DNA of 64,000 nucleotides from Candidatus Poribacteria bacterium. Lineage in GTDB: Bacteria > Poribacteria > WGA-4E > JAJDTR01. The notes under the pieces were generated by a model. It saw only the letters and a program-made list of their open reading frames with translations. It was not told the DNA's origin and ran no database searches. Positions within the stretch are counted from its first letter, which is position 1. Each line of letters begins with the position of its first letter. Both the position numbers and the translations under genes were made by a program. Positions 47,054 through 57,200 of the stretch are shown here, one piece after another. Location of the stretch: assembly GCA_965204085.1 (NCBI GenBank), contig CBDBEE010000003.1:1449981-1513980 (forward strand), given 5' to 3'.

Positions 47054-50000
47054 TCATCGAATAATGGCAAACCTGCTTATTTTGTTCCCGATGACCGCAT
47101 TCGATTCATCACGCGCCTCTACGTGGTAGATGTAGACGCCGCTGGCAAGTGCCTGATTGTTGTAACTGAGTAGGTCGAAAGATTCGGTGCCGCCCTTGTC
47201 GCCCTGTGCCAACCGCTCCTCCGCATCGTAGGGTGAGGTGTGTTCGTGTTCAATTTCTCGCACCAACTCGCCAGCCATGGTATAGATTCGCACCGTGCAT
47301 TTCGGCGGAAGGTGGGTAAAGAAGATTTTATCCGTTCCCTCGGAAATCACTGCTCTGTTCGTCACGAAGTAGGGATTCGGCACGATGCGGATTCGATCCA
47401 GATCGGCGCGAATGTCGTCTGCGATGAGCGTCTCGCCGCCGGTGTTGAGCACCAGCTCGTCGCCGTCCTGAGGGGCGCCAATCCCTCCCATTTTGACAGT
47501 GAATACATCCCCGGCAGAGATTTCAGCATTTGGATCTCTGATGAAAACGTACCCACCCCGTATGAAGATCCGAAAGAAGCCGGGGGTATTGGCCGGGTTA
47601 TATTCATCGCTCCAACCTGTGCCTGTGAAAATCGCATAGCCATCCGCACGCTCGCCTTTGAATTGAATTTCCTCACCGGTATCTTCATCCACCACTTTGA
47701 CATGTGTATCGTCAACAAAGGTTATCGAGTAGGTATGTGGACGGTAGTAGGTTGACCACCAGATGTTGGTCCAGGTGTTCTCCCCAACCCCGGGAGACTG
47801 AATGTCCACATTCCAATCTGTGACCGTGCCCTTGGTCAACGTTACACCTTCGATTGGGTTTTCGTTTGGATGCCCGTAGGTCACGTCAACCCCCTTTATC
47901 TTCAGGGTGATTCCATCAAACATCGGGGAAAGCGCTTCAACAGCCGCAATTTGCGTTGGGTCGTACCAACCGAAGGACTGTTTTTCCACAACCGTCTGAT
48001 TCGTGGTCATGTCAATGATTTCATAGGCGGGCGGCTGATAACCGGGGCCAGTGATATATGCATCAGCATCTATCGGTTTAGCACCATACCAAACCATTTT
48101 GTATTGATGTCCGGTGACATTCTTGGGGGCGATAATCATTGGCTCGACGGTGACGCTTCCAGTGCGCACAAAGGCGTTGTCCGCTAGCTCAGCAGTGGCA
48201 TCACGGTGCCCTGCGGGGCTCGCACGCGGCGTCACGTGAACCATCGTCTCGATCTGGCTGCTCTCCATCGCGATAAGCCCGGTCTTGGGATTGCCGGTGT
48301 CGTACGATGTGACGGCGTAGGTGTATTGAATCCCGTTCGTCAATCCTTCATCGGTATAGAAGGTCTTTATGCCCGCGTCCTCGCCGAGCGCTTGTGAAGG
48401 CGTGGAAACGATGCGGAAGATGTCGCCAGCCACAGGGGGACCCGAGGGACCATCCGAAATCTGCACATACAATCCGCCGAAGTAGATAAGCGATCCGGAA
48501 CGATACTCCCCATCGGGATAAACTTCGCCAGTATTGGGATTCATAACGACGTATCCACCGCCATCTGCCGGGAACTGAGGGTTAAGCGCCATCACTTCCC
48601 ACAGCGTTGTATTGATTATCTCATAGGTGGTGCTAGAATCGAACTTGATGACGTAGACGGCATTTTTGAAGAAATCGGCAAAGAATGGTTCGTCGCCTAT
48701 GGCGGCAATGGTGGCGTCCGACTGTTTACCGACGTGTGACACCGTGAGAAAGTTGCCGGTTGCGCTGGGTTTGTCAAACTCCGTCAGCATGACCCAATCC
48801 TGCACCGGGTCGCCGGTAGATTCGTCGTACGAAGTATCCCGTCTGTAGACTCTATAACCTTCGAAAACCTTCTCCGGGTCGGTAATGTCAACATATTCCT
48901 CAATGCTTTTCTTGACTCCTTCGTGAACCCATCCTTCGGCACTTTCCCATACGAGCGTCACCTGTCCATCGGCGGGATACGCCGCAACTTTCGGCGACGG
49001 CGGCGGTGCGGGTGCGACGTAGTCATCGTCATACAGTTTCTGCGCCCAGTCCGATGATGCTTGCAGCCCTTCAAGCCCTTCACCGATCGCCACTGCCGTG
49101 ATGACATTGAATACCTGCCCCGGCGCAAGCGACTCTATGGGGCCATAGGACTGAATGAAACGTTGGTCGTCGTAGTTTGCGGGAAGCGGATCGACACCGG
49201 GGACACTAATCAAGGCGTACATCTCGGCGGCGGTCGATGGATCGGTGGAAATTGTAATCCGTTTGTGCGCTGCGAACGGAATCTTGGCGTTAGCGTCCTG
49301 GGGGTTATCGCCAACGTAGGCATCCAAGACACGTAAGCCGACGAAGCCGGTAGACGAGGCGTTGGAATACCCGTAAGAGAGGTAGCGGTTCGGGTGGGCG
49401 TCGGGATTGAGGGCGTCGGGAGTTTCATCCAACGCAACGAAATCATCAGCGGAGTAATTCGCCGTTCCGGTTTCACTGCTGGAGACATCCACGTCGTATC
49501 GGAACGCCATGAATACATCTTCCAAGGTATCTCTGCCGACGTTGGTGACTTTGTACTCCAAGATGAAGAAATCGTAGAGCGGCGCGTAACTCCATTGGAA
49601 ACCGTTGACCTCGATTTCCAATCCAAGAATCAACTCGCGATTCGCCTCCGGGTTGGTGTCGGTGCATTTGAACCAGATTGATTGGCCGGTTGGTGTTCCC
49701 TTTGTCGTCATCCCCGGTTTGTTTGAAATGACCTCCGGCGAATCGTCGGTGGGCCAAATCTCGGACTGCCGTCCATCGGAGAAGGAGACGCCGACCTCTC
49801 CGCCCTTCTTGGCGCCGATCCAGATATCTCCTTCGTAGATATAGGAGTCGTTCGTCCCGGCGGGCCACCATCCGGATGGGTTTTGGGTCGGGCTGGTCGG
49901 GTAACCGACGACCGCGGTGTTGTAGACGGCGGAGGTTAGATTGCCGACATCAAGCGCCTTCCAATCTACGCCCCCCATTGCAGGCAGACTGGCTATGAGA

Positions 50001-50068
50001 AGAAGTGAGGACATTAGCAGCGACAGCGGGCGGAGGTTCGGATATCTATCCGGATTCTCAGGATTCAT
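47054..50068 (-). CDS. Large secreted protein (about 1000 aa) with a T9SS C-terminal sorting domain. Function unknown.
   Basis: Signal peptide from MNPENPDRYPNLRPLSLLMSSLLLIASLPA. C-terminus ...LASGVYIYHVEARDESNAVIGNKISRFAIIR has the T9SS CTD pattern. ORF-track start 50212 is probably too early. Confidence 0.55.
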   Translation of the reverse strand: MNPENPDRYPNLRPLSLLMSSLLLIASLPAMGGVDWKALDVGNLTSAVYNTAVVGYPTSPTQNPSGWWPAGTNDSYIYEGDIWIGAKKGGEVGVSFSDGRQSEIWPTDDSPEVISNKPGMTTKGTPTGQSIWFKCTDTNPEANRELILGLEIEVNGFQWSYAPLYDFFILEYKVTNVGRDTLEDVFMAFRYDVDVSSSETGTANYSADDFVALDETPDALNPDAHPNRYLSYGYSNASSTGFVGLRVLDAYVGDNPQDANAKIPFAAHKRITISTDPSTAAEMYALISVPGVDPLPANYDDQRFIQSYGPIESLAPGQVFNVITAVAIGEGLEGLQASSDWAQKLYDDDYVAPAPPPSPKVAAYPADGQVTLVWESAEGWVHEGVKKSIEEYVDITDPEKVFEGYRVYRRDTSYDESTGDPVQDWVMLTEFDKPSATGNFLTVSHVGKQSDATIAAIGDEPFFADFFKNAVYVIKFDSSTTYEIINTTLWEVMALNPQFPADGGGYVVMNPNTGEVYPDGEYRSGSLIYFGGLYVQISDGPSGPPVAGDIFRIVSTPSQALGEDAGIKTFYTDEGLTNGIQYTYAVTSYDTGNPKTGLIAMESSQIETMVHVTPRASPAGHRDATAELADNAFVRTGSVTVEPMIIAPKNVTGHQYKMVWYGAKPIDADAYITGPGYQPPAYEIIDMTTNQTVVEKQSFGWYDPTQIAAVEALSPMFDGITLKIKGVDVTYGHPNENPIEGVTLTKGTVTDWNVDIQSPGVGENTWTNIWWSTYYRPHTYSITFVDDTHVKVVDEDTGEEIQFKGERADGYAIFTGTGWSDEYNPANTPGFFRIFIRGGYVFIRDPNAEISAGDVFTVKMGGIGAPQDGDELVLNTGGETLIADDIRADLDRIRIVPNPYFVTNRAVISEGTDKIFFTHLPPKCTVRIYTMAGELVREIEHEHTSPYDAEERLAQGDKGGTESFDLLSYNNQALASGVYIYHVEARDESNAVIGNKISRFAIIR

Positions 50069-50159
50069 AATGCGTCCATATAGGCTCAAGTTTTTCCTCA
50101 AAACTCGGTTTCTCAAAGTCACTTTGCACCTTCTTTTGACATGAGCCTGATGTTGTTTG

Positions 50160-50531
50160 TCATGCGGTTTGCAACTGGTATGGTTGAACCAAGATATCTG
50201 CGGAGATGCCAAGTCCTTCGTGCAAATTCCGAATCATGTCGAGAGTCAAAGCGCGTTGCCGATTCAAGACTTCTGACACATAGGATTGGGAGCCCAAGTA
50301 GGGTTCAAGATCGTGACGAGACAACCCTTGACTCTCCATGTGGTGAAGGATAGTCTCAACCGGATCTGGCGGCGGTACGGGGTAATGCTCCTGTTCGTAT
50401 GCCTCAACCAAGGTGACCAGTACATCGAGTTTATCCCCCTCTGGCGAACCGTGAGGTGCTTCCCAGAAGCGTTGAATCTCTCGCAACGCGGCTTCATAGT
50501 CTGATTCGGTTTTTATCGGTTTAATATCCAT
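50160..50531 (-). CDS. HigA-family (COG5499-like) HTH antitoxin. No HigB partner seen.
   Basis: MDIKPIKTESDYEAALREIQRFWEAPHGSPEGDKLDVLVTLVEAYEQEHYP...LSRHDLEPYLGSQSYVSEVLNRQRALTLDMIRNLHEGLGI is the HigA pattern. ATG at 50531. Confidence 0.55.
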   Translation of the reverse strand: MDIKPIKTESDYEAALREIQRFWEAPHGSPEGDKLDVLVTLVEAYEQEHYPVPPPDPVETILHHMESQGLSRHDLEPYLGSQSYVSEVLNRQRALTLDMIRNLHEGLGISADILVQPYQLQTA

Positions 50532-50580
50532 GGTTATCACATTAAAATCACGCCGCATAGATTTTATCATGTACTTGGCG

Positions 50581-50802
50581 CTAAGACGACTGTTCCTGTT
50601 GTAGGTACGACCATGCGGTATCCTCTTCCGGACGATTCCAGTCTTCAGCGAGCGCGGCTTCGCTGAGCCATGCAGTTTCAGAAAAATCTCGCTCATCGGT
50701 GAGAATCGTCACAACGGCTCGTCGTGGTTCTGACAATTGGATTGGCTCTAGCAATCGCACGTTACCTTGTTCATCAATTGTAGCTTCAATGGTTTGTTGC
50801 AT
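50581..50802 (-). CDS. DUF104-like (AF2212-type) putative antitoxin with a C-terminal acidic EDW tail.
   Basis: MQQTIEATIDEQGNVRLLEPIQLSEPRRAVVTIL matches the DUF104 style. Tail LAEDWNRPEEDTAW resembles the tail of the 53481-53750 protein. Confidence 0.4.
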   Translation of the reverse strand: MQQTIEATIDEQGNVRLLEPIQLSEPRRAVVTILTDERDFSETAWLSEAALAEDWNRPEEDTAWSYLQQEQSS

Positions 50803-50848
50803 TGTTTACCCCCTAATCATAAAGCCAAGAATTGCCGCCATCAACCGT

Positions 50849-51463
50849 TTAGAAGATGCTTATGAAGAAGACGTCCTTTAGTGCGAAAATCGCCATAACC
50901 ACGCCTACAACTACCAAGAAGACACAGGAGACAAAATTAGTAGACACAGCAGACGTACGGTAATACTCGTTCATGACAGGGACAATCTGTTTGAGCACGG
51001 AGCTTTGCGCGCGCTGTTTTACCTTGATGGTGCCCGTTCCCATCCAGGATTGAACAGCGACTTGCAGGTCGGCATTGACCGACGTGAGGCGTATCACGGA
51101 AAGACTCTCTTCGTAGGGCATCTGCAGTTTTTGGAGCGCCGCGACCAGCGCCTCACGAAACGACGTATCCGTAACGGCGTATGCGACATAGCCTTTGAGT
51201 TGATACCACATCATCACCAAGATAACTCCATAGAGAAGAGTGGTTGTCCACCCCATGATCTCGCCAGAAAAGGACTTCAGGGACAGAACAATACCCGGCA
51301 CCAAAGCAACAAAAATCAATGAAAGCATCCATCTGTTGGAGACTAAGAAGGGACGCTTCGTCAAAATAGCCCTAATCCCAATCCCAAAGAAAAAGATTGC
51401 CATCATTCCAGCCGTTATTGGAAAGAGAACCGAATATATTATGTCGAAATAGTCGCGTTCCAT
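50849..51463 (-). CDS. Hypothetical 4-TM membrane protein.
   Basis: 204 aa with three N-terminal TM helices, a soluble region of about 70 aa, and a C-terminal TM. Tightly linked to the 2H phosphoesterase gene. Confidence 0.3.
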   Translation of the reverse strand: MERDYFDIIYSVLFPITAGMMAIFFFGIGIRAILTKRPFLVSNRWMLSLIFVALVPGIVLSLKSFSGEIMGWTTTLLYGVILVMMWYQLKGYVAYAVTDTSFREALVAALQKLQMPYEESLSVIRLTSVNADLQVAVQSWMGTGTIKVKQRAQSSVLKQIVPVMNEYYRTSAVSTNFVSCVFLVVVGVVMAIFALKDVFFISIF

Positions 51464-51491
51464 GTTCTATAGCTCCTGAAACTCGGAACTA

Positions 51492-52028
51492 TCAATCTAG
51501 CTCGTACATACACAGTGTATGACAACTGGTCGGTGAAACCTCCATCAGTCCTATCTCTTTGACTTCTGCCGAGATGGGTAAAGGAATACCTCGACAGATT
51601 GGCACCGCTTCGGCAATTTGACGCTCGGACAAACCGAAGGCGAGCGTGCAGTGCGGAACCCACTTCCCGACGGCGTAGTGTTCGGATTGTTCCTGTGCGT
51701 GCGTTTTGAAAATCTTATGAAATGCCGCATGTACGTCCAGCAAGTGCTCGGTGACTGTTACGCCCAAGAATATGACACCTTCCACGCCGGGAAAGGTGCC
51801 TACACTGGAGAGCGACAGCCGAAATGGTGCGAGGCTCGCCGCAAAGGTGGAAAGCGCCTCCGCAAACGCATTAGGCTCAAGACGGTTACAAACTCCCAGT
51901 GAGATGTGTGGACGGTAGCCGGCATCCAGCAAAGACGAGCCAATCCCGGCTTCGTGAATCGCACTCCACGCATCGCATATTTGCTCCTCGGCTAGGGTGT
52001 CAAAGCGCAACTCAACAGCAAACGGCAT
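51492..52028 (-). CDS. 2H phosphoesterase superfamily protein (LigT / 2'-5' RNA ligase-like).
   Basis: Two H-x-T/S-x motifs, PHISLGV and PHCTLAF, at LigT-like spacing. 178 aa. Confidence 0.6.
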   Translation of the reverse strand: MPFAVELRFDTLAEEQICDAWSAIHEAGIGSSLLDAGYRPHISLGVCNRLEPNAFAEALSTFAASLAPFRLSLSSVGTFPGVEGVIFLGVTVTEHLLDVHAAFHKIFKTHAQEQSEHYAVGKWVPHCTLAFGLSERQIAEAVPICRGIPLPISAEVKEIGLMEVSPTSCHTLCMYELD

Positions 52029-52073
52029 AAATGAACTTCAAAAACGGTAATGTCCATCAGTCGGTGAAGTGGT

Positions 52074-52283
52074 TTAAGCAGCACGGATTTCCGCCTTGAA
52101 TTTCCGGATTACCGGTTTCAAACTAGGCTGAGGAAACTCAAAATGGAGTTCCAACGCTTCTCTTAGATTAACCAATGCTTCTTCTTCGCTTTCACCCTGA
52201 CTCGCAACATCAACCTCTAAACATTGGGCAATAAACCAGTCGCCTACTCTCGAAATACTTGCCGTAAATGTTTGGGTTTTCAT
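52074..52283 (-). CDS. HicB-family antitoxin-like protein. No HicA adjacent.
   Basis: MKTQTFTASISRVGDWFIAQCLEVDVASQGESEEEALVNLREALELHFE is the HicB N-domain pattern. ATG at 52283. Confidence 0.5.
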   Translation of the reverse strand: MKTQTFTASISRVGDWFIAQCLEVDVASQGESEEEALVNLREALELHFEFPQPSLKPVIRKFKAEIRAA

Positions 52284-52314
52284 TTTGGTTCGGTTTCTCC
52301 GCTCCCCAGCAACG

Positions 52315-53139
52315 CTAAATGTCAGATTCGTCAATTCGATTGTAGATGTCAGTGCCCATACTGACCAACTTCTCACGGATTTCGGGCCAGTCGTCCTGAT
52401 TCTTCTTTCCCCTATCAAGAACACGGAACACTATTGATGTGGACTTCACAGCCTCCGTACATTCGTAATTGTATCCTGATTCTTGGAATAACTTCACAAC
52501 TTCATCCCTGCGTTCTAATCTGGTTTCTCCCTCGAATTGGAGCGCGATAGCGCAATAATTATTGCGAAGTCGAAGAATCAATGACACGCCGCGGACACTC
52601 TTACTAATCCAACCGTCATCGCTGATAGGTACGGGCTTTCCGGAAAACAGTCCGTCTCTACGAATCGGCTCCCAGAATTCGCTATATTCAACGCCTGCTT
52701 TCTTTTCGGTTTGGATATCTATCGCGGGCCGAACGACATGGTGAAAAGACAACTCATTGTGTGCATTGGCTTGAGCACGAATAAGATACCAGTCAATTTC
52801 GCTGTCTTCATTTCGGAGACTACACGTGACAATCATGAGCTCCTCGAAACTTTCGGCGACCAACACGGCGACTGTGGCTTCTTTCAATCGCGCGTAAGCT
52901 TCAAGTCTGCCCCAGTGGTCCCAATCTGCTTCGCCAAACTGGTTTTCGACCACAAGAATACTATTTCCATCTGTTCCAACAGCGACTATATCCGCCTTTC
53001 GCGTACCTACATTAGACTCCGTCTCCGCGTCTTCAAAGTTACCAATTTCAAGCGCATTAAGCGTATTAGCAAGATCTTCCGAAAAATCTTCTTCTCGTTG
53101 GTAGATGTCTGAGAGTGGTATTGATTGTTGAAGTCTCAT
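52315..53139 (-). CDS. PD-(D/E)xK nuclease-like N-domain fused to a DUF4268-like C-domain. Candidate toxin or effector.
   Basis: RKADIVAVGTDGNSILVVENQFGEADWDHWGRLEAYA resembles a restriction-endonuclease-like D...E-x-Q/K core. Domain assignment is from memory of family style, not searched. Confidence 0.35.
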   Translation of the reverse strand: MRLQQSIPLSDIYQREEDFSEDLANTLNALEIGNFEDAETESNVGTRKADIVAVGTDGNSILVVENQFGEADWDHWGRLEAYARLKEATVAVLVAESFEELMIVTCSLRNEDSEIDWYLIRAQANAHNELSFHHVVRPAIDIQTEKKAGVEYSEFWEPIRRDGLFSGKPVPISDDGWISKSVRGVSLILRLRNNYCAIALQFEGETRLERRDEVVKLFQESGYNYECTEAVKSTSIVFRVLDRGKKNQDDWPEIREKLVSMGTDIYNRIDESDI

Positions 53140-53155
53140 TTGGCTATTTTCTCGG

Positions 53156-53524
53156 TCATAGATTCAACGTATATCGTAAAGCGACGTCAATTTCGGCCAT
53201 GGGAACCGAACCAATAACGCGATCAATTGCCGACTCGCCGACCGTGGCAAGATTGTCAGTTAGCACTACCGAGTCCATGAGTAGCCCCGATTGTCGTCCT
53301 TCGGGAGTAGAAAGTAAAACGGCGACACGGCTGCGATGATTGGCACGGAACATCCTGCTGGAGATCATCGCCACAATTACTTGCTGGAAGCCGGTTTGAA
53401 GATTGTCAGCTTGAATAACCAATCCCGGACGCGATTTAGCAGTCAGTAAGTTGGAGTGTGGAAAGAGCAGCAAGATTACATCACCGCGTTTGTAGGCTGG
53501 ATTTGACCTCGTCATAGTTGTCAT
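53156..53524 (-). CDS. MazF/PemK-family endoribonuclease toxin.
   Basis: KRGDVILLLFPHSNLLTAKSRPGLVIQAD...QQVIVAMISSRMFRANH...VAVLLSTPEGRQSGLLMDSVVLTDNLATV is the PemK pattern. Overlaps the upstream antitoxin gene. Confidence 0.7.
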   Translation of the reverse strand: MTTMTRSNPAYKRGDVILLLFPHSNLLTAKSRPGLVIQADNLQTGFQQVIVAMISSRMFRANHRSRVAVLLSTPEGRQSGLLMDSVVLTDNLATVGESAIDRVIGSVPMAEIDVALRYTLNL

Positions 53525-53750
53525 AGGCGTCCATCTCAGGATTTTCCCAGTCTTCGGCAAAGAATTCCAAGCGCCCACGCAAAACTGCCGCTTGTGTTTC
53601 GTCAATACCGCGTTCCCGTAAATTTATGGAGTTGGATGCAAGAAAGGTAACAATTACGGGGGTGTCTTCAGATACATCATGAGGCGTTTTCGAAAGTTCA
53701 ATCTTGCCATCCCGATACACACCTTGAATAGTTGTTGACATAATCGTCAC
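53481..53750 (-). CDS. Putative antitoxin for the MazF-like toxin (DUF104-like N-terminus with acidic EDW tail).
   Basis: MSTTIQGVYRDGKIELSKTPHDVSEDTPVIVTFL and tail FFAEDWENPEMDAYDNYDE. Translationally coupled to the MazF-like gene. Confidence 0.45.
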   Translation of the reverse strand: MTIMSTTIQGVYRDGKIELSKTPHDVSEDTPVIVTFLASNSINLRERGIDETQAAVLRGRLEFFAEDWENPEMDAYDNYDEVKSSLQTR

Positions 53751-53753
53751 CCT

Positions 53754-54080
53754 TTACGACTCTTGTCTACCTTCGTAGACCGGCTGCAACTTGCACTGGA
53801 CGAATGCCTCCAACAGATTGAGTCCCCACTTTCTCTTGGGGATGTCAGCAGCAAGTAGGAAATTTACTCGATCTGTACATTTCATAATCCAGTCGCCCAC
53901 GTTATCCTTGTCAAGGCGATGTTCCCTCACTACGTTTTCATCTCTCAACAGTGACGCAGCCAAAGTGCTCGGTGCTCGACACGGGTCGTAATGATGACTC
54001 TTATACCGGGCACCAGACTTCGGTCCTGCTCTAACCACCTTCAGAACACGCTCTGAATTGGAAAAGACGTAAACCGCCAT
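53754..54080 (-). CDS. Hypothetical protein, first gene of the TA-rich cluster.
   Basis: ATG at 54080. Stop 4 nt before the next gene. No family recognised. Confidence 0.3.
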   Translation of the reverse strand: MAVYVFSNSERVLKVVRAGPKSGARYKSHHYDPCRAPSTLAASLLRDENVVREHRLDKDNVGDWIMKCTDRVNFLLAADIPKRKWGLNLLEAFVQCKLQPVYEGRQES

Positions 54081-54227
54081 TTTTCCGCGCGGCAAACTTG
54101 GCGGTGTGTGTGGCATCTGCTGAGGTTTGACGCAAAAATCGTCCGGCTAAATGTCAATTTCAGCCAACTCGGCAACTTTCAAGAAACCCTCCCTAAGCTC
54201 TTCGGGGGTCCAGTTCATACTCTTCTC

Positions 54228-57200
54228 CTAAAAATCCAAACTCACGCCCATCATCATCAAACGTGGGCTATTCCAAGAGAGCGGGCTCGAGTGCTTTCTG
54301 GAGTTGAGCGGGATGCCGTAGCGGTCATATGTCACTGCATCAACGATGTCGTCCAGATTCTTCGTATTGAAGACATTCCGCACATCGGCAAAGATGGTGT
54401 ATGTCAACTCGCCTACCCGGATTCGTTTGCTCAGAAGCATATCAACATTGTGAGTCGGCGGGTAGCGTTTTGAATTTATATCGGGTTTGACCGGCGATCT
54501 CGGATTTGGCGTGTAGGGCAAGCCGCTGCCGTACCTACCAATCAAGTTGATGCCGACGTCAAATGGCAATTGAATGTCCAACGACCCGGAAACGACGTGT
54601 CGTTGGTCCCAGGCTAAAGGGTGGCTTTCCGTGACTTCGGGCTGTTGCCGATAGTAGGTCAGATAACCCAAGGCTCGGCTGGAGCCCTTCCCCTTCGCTA
54701 CGGAATAGGTGTAGTTAATCATGCCGGAAATCGGGCTGCGTCCTATACGCCACTTGCGAGCAGTGAGTTCAAATCCTTGCACCCGGCCGTAGATGTCGTT
54801 AATGAAGTAGCTGTAATCGTTGGTGATGTCAACGTGGACGCTGCTCACCAGATTGTCGATATCCTTGGTGAAACCGGTGACATTGACCGTCAGGTCGCGA
54901 GTCAATTGCTGGGCTATCCCGACCTCGTAGGCAACGGTTCTCTCCGGTTCCAGATTGGGATTCCCTCGTCTGCGGATAGCGCCCCGCATATCAAAACTGA
55001 GATTTTCGTAGAGATCGTCGCCGGGCGGAATCTGGTAGTAGTGCCCGTAGGTAAAGTGCAGTTTTGCGCGATCGGTAACCGGGAATGAGATACCGAGGCG
55101 CGGAGCAAGCATGTGTTTAACGGAAGGCTCGACCGGATCTTTGATGATGGGCAACCCGACTTTGTAGGTGTCTTTATCCAACTTGATAGTGCCATCGTCG
55201 TTGAGTTCAAGCGGATCCAACGGGTCGGCGGGGGAGATGCCGTCCGGACTATAGAGTTCGTACCGCAGTCCGGCGTTGACAATCATCCCCTCATACTCCA
55301 TTTTGTCTTGCACGTACAGGCTCATGGAGCCGGGTTTTACGTCGTAAAACTCCATGTAGAGGTTCGAACTCCCGTAATTTGTCGCGCCGAGATTATAAAT
55401 CGCGTTCCTTGAGAGCTCAACCCCTGTACGGACTTGGTGATTCTCCGTTACTTGGCTGGAGAAATCAGCTTTCAAGATGTTTGCAGTCGTTTCTCGGGTC
55501 GTCCACGCGTTGTCATCTCCGGCAATGAAATAGTTTGTATCGTTGTAAGCCTGCTGGGTCGGGTTTCTGATTCTTCCCTCCTCCTGATTCTGTTCAAAGG
55601 ATTTTTCCGGATCCCATGCGTTTTCTTCAAACGTCTTATTCAAGGGATCCCACAGTTTATCCGGTTGATGGCTTTCATAGGTACGGTGGAATTGTCCGAG
55701 AGTCAACGTGTAGAATGTACCCGAGTTGAGATTGTGCGAGAACTGTAGGGACATGCTGCGGGCATCTCTGTTCGCCACCGGAATGGCGCTGGGCAAAAAG
55801 CGCAGTGTGCCTCCGTATGAATCGGCTTCGCGTTGATCAAACAATCCGCTTGCGGTGAGTTTGATGTCAGGCGTCACTTCAAATTTGAGTTTGCCCTGAA
55901 CCGTGTGTCCCGTTCCATTGCCGTTGGGGAGGTAACCTTCATCTCGCCGCAACTGACTTGCGGCGGAGAACGTCAACCGATTGCCCCACAGCGGCCCGCT
56001 GAGCGCAAATTCGCCGATATGGCTTGGACGCAGATCGTAATTCTTGGTATCGTTGAAAAGCCCGCTGTACTGGTTCAAATCCACGATGTATCCGTCCAAT
56101 AGGGTTACCTGTTTCTTTTCGTAATCGATGACGGTGCCGTCGGTGTCGCGGTAGGGTTGGGGGGCGGTAATGACATCGCCCGTATCGGGATTCAGCTTGG
56201 GTTCGCCGGTCTCCGGATCAATGACAGGTAGAAGGGGGTTTTCTGCCCTGTCGGCGAAGACGCCCGGGACAATCTCCGTGAAGACGACTTGTTCATCGCC
56301 TTCTCGTGCTGCCAACTCCTCCACCGTGACACTCTGCCCGCGGTACGGCGTTTGATAATCGTAGGGTCTACCGAGGAAGATTCCCCTGAAGGGCTCCAAT
56401 GCCACCGGGCGGAAGCCGTTGTCGGGGTCCAACCAGGGCCCGTAAACAGGGTCGCCGTGGTGCGTGCCCCATTGTCCGACGCGGTACCTGAATCTGCCGG
56501 TGAAGTTTTGTGCTCCGGCTTTCGTTATAAGATTTATCACTCCGGACTGCGCATCGCCGTGTTCCGCGTTGAATCCGCCGGTGATGACTTCCATTTGTTC
56601 GAGCGAATTTGTGCTAATATTCACCCCCAGACCTCTGCCGATGGGATCGTTCACCGGGATGCCGTCCATGAGGTACTTGACCTCCATGGATCGTCCGCCT
56701 CGTACGTGGAGCGTACCGGTGGCATTGAGTTGCGTGACCCCCGCTTGCAGTTGAAGGATTCCATTCACGGTATCGCGGGGCATGGCGGCAATCTCCTCCG
56801 CTTCAATAATCCTTGTGGTTTGCGTGACATCCATTTTAATCAGCGGTTTGGCGGCGGTTACGGTAATTTCTTCGAGCGTGATAACCTCGGCAGCCCCCAA
56901 ATCGAAGTCGAGAGTTGTGGTCAGTCCGGCAAGCACCTTGGCGCCCATGACGGTCTGGGAACTGTAACCCGCTCTTTCAACCCTTAAATCATAGGTTCCC
57001 GGCGCAATATTGGCGATAACATAATAACCGGTCTGGCTGGTGGTTGTGGTGTCACTTGTCCCAACCACGGTAATTTTGGCGTTCGCGAGGGGTGTCTGAG
57101 TTGCTTCGGACGTGACTATGCCTGAAATCTTTCCGGTGATGGCGGCGGAGGCAGTGCGGTAACTTGAGGGGCCTGCAAACAGAAGTACGGTTAGGCAAAG

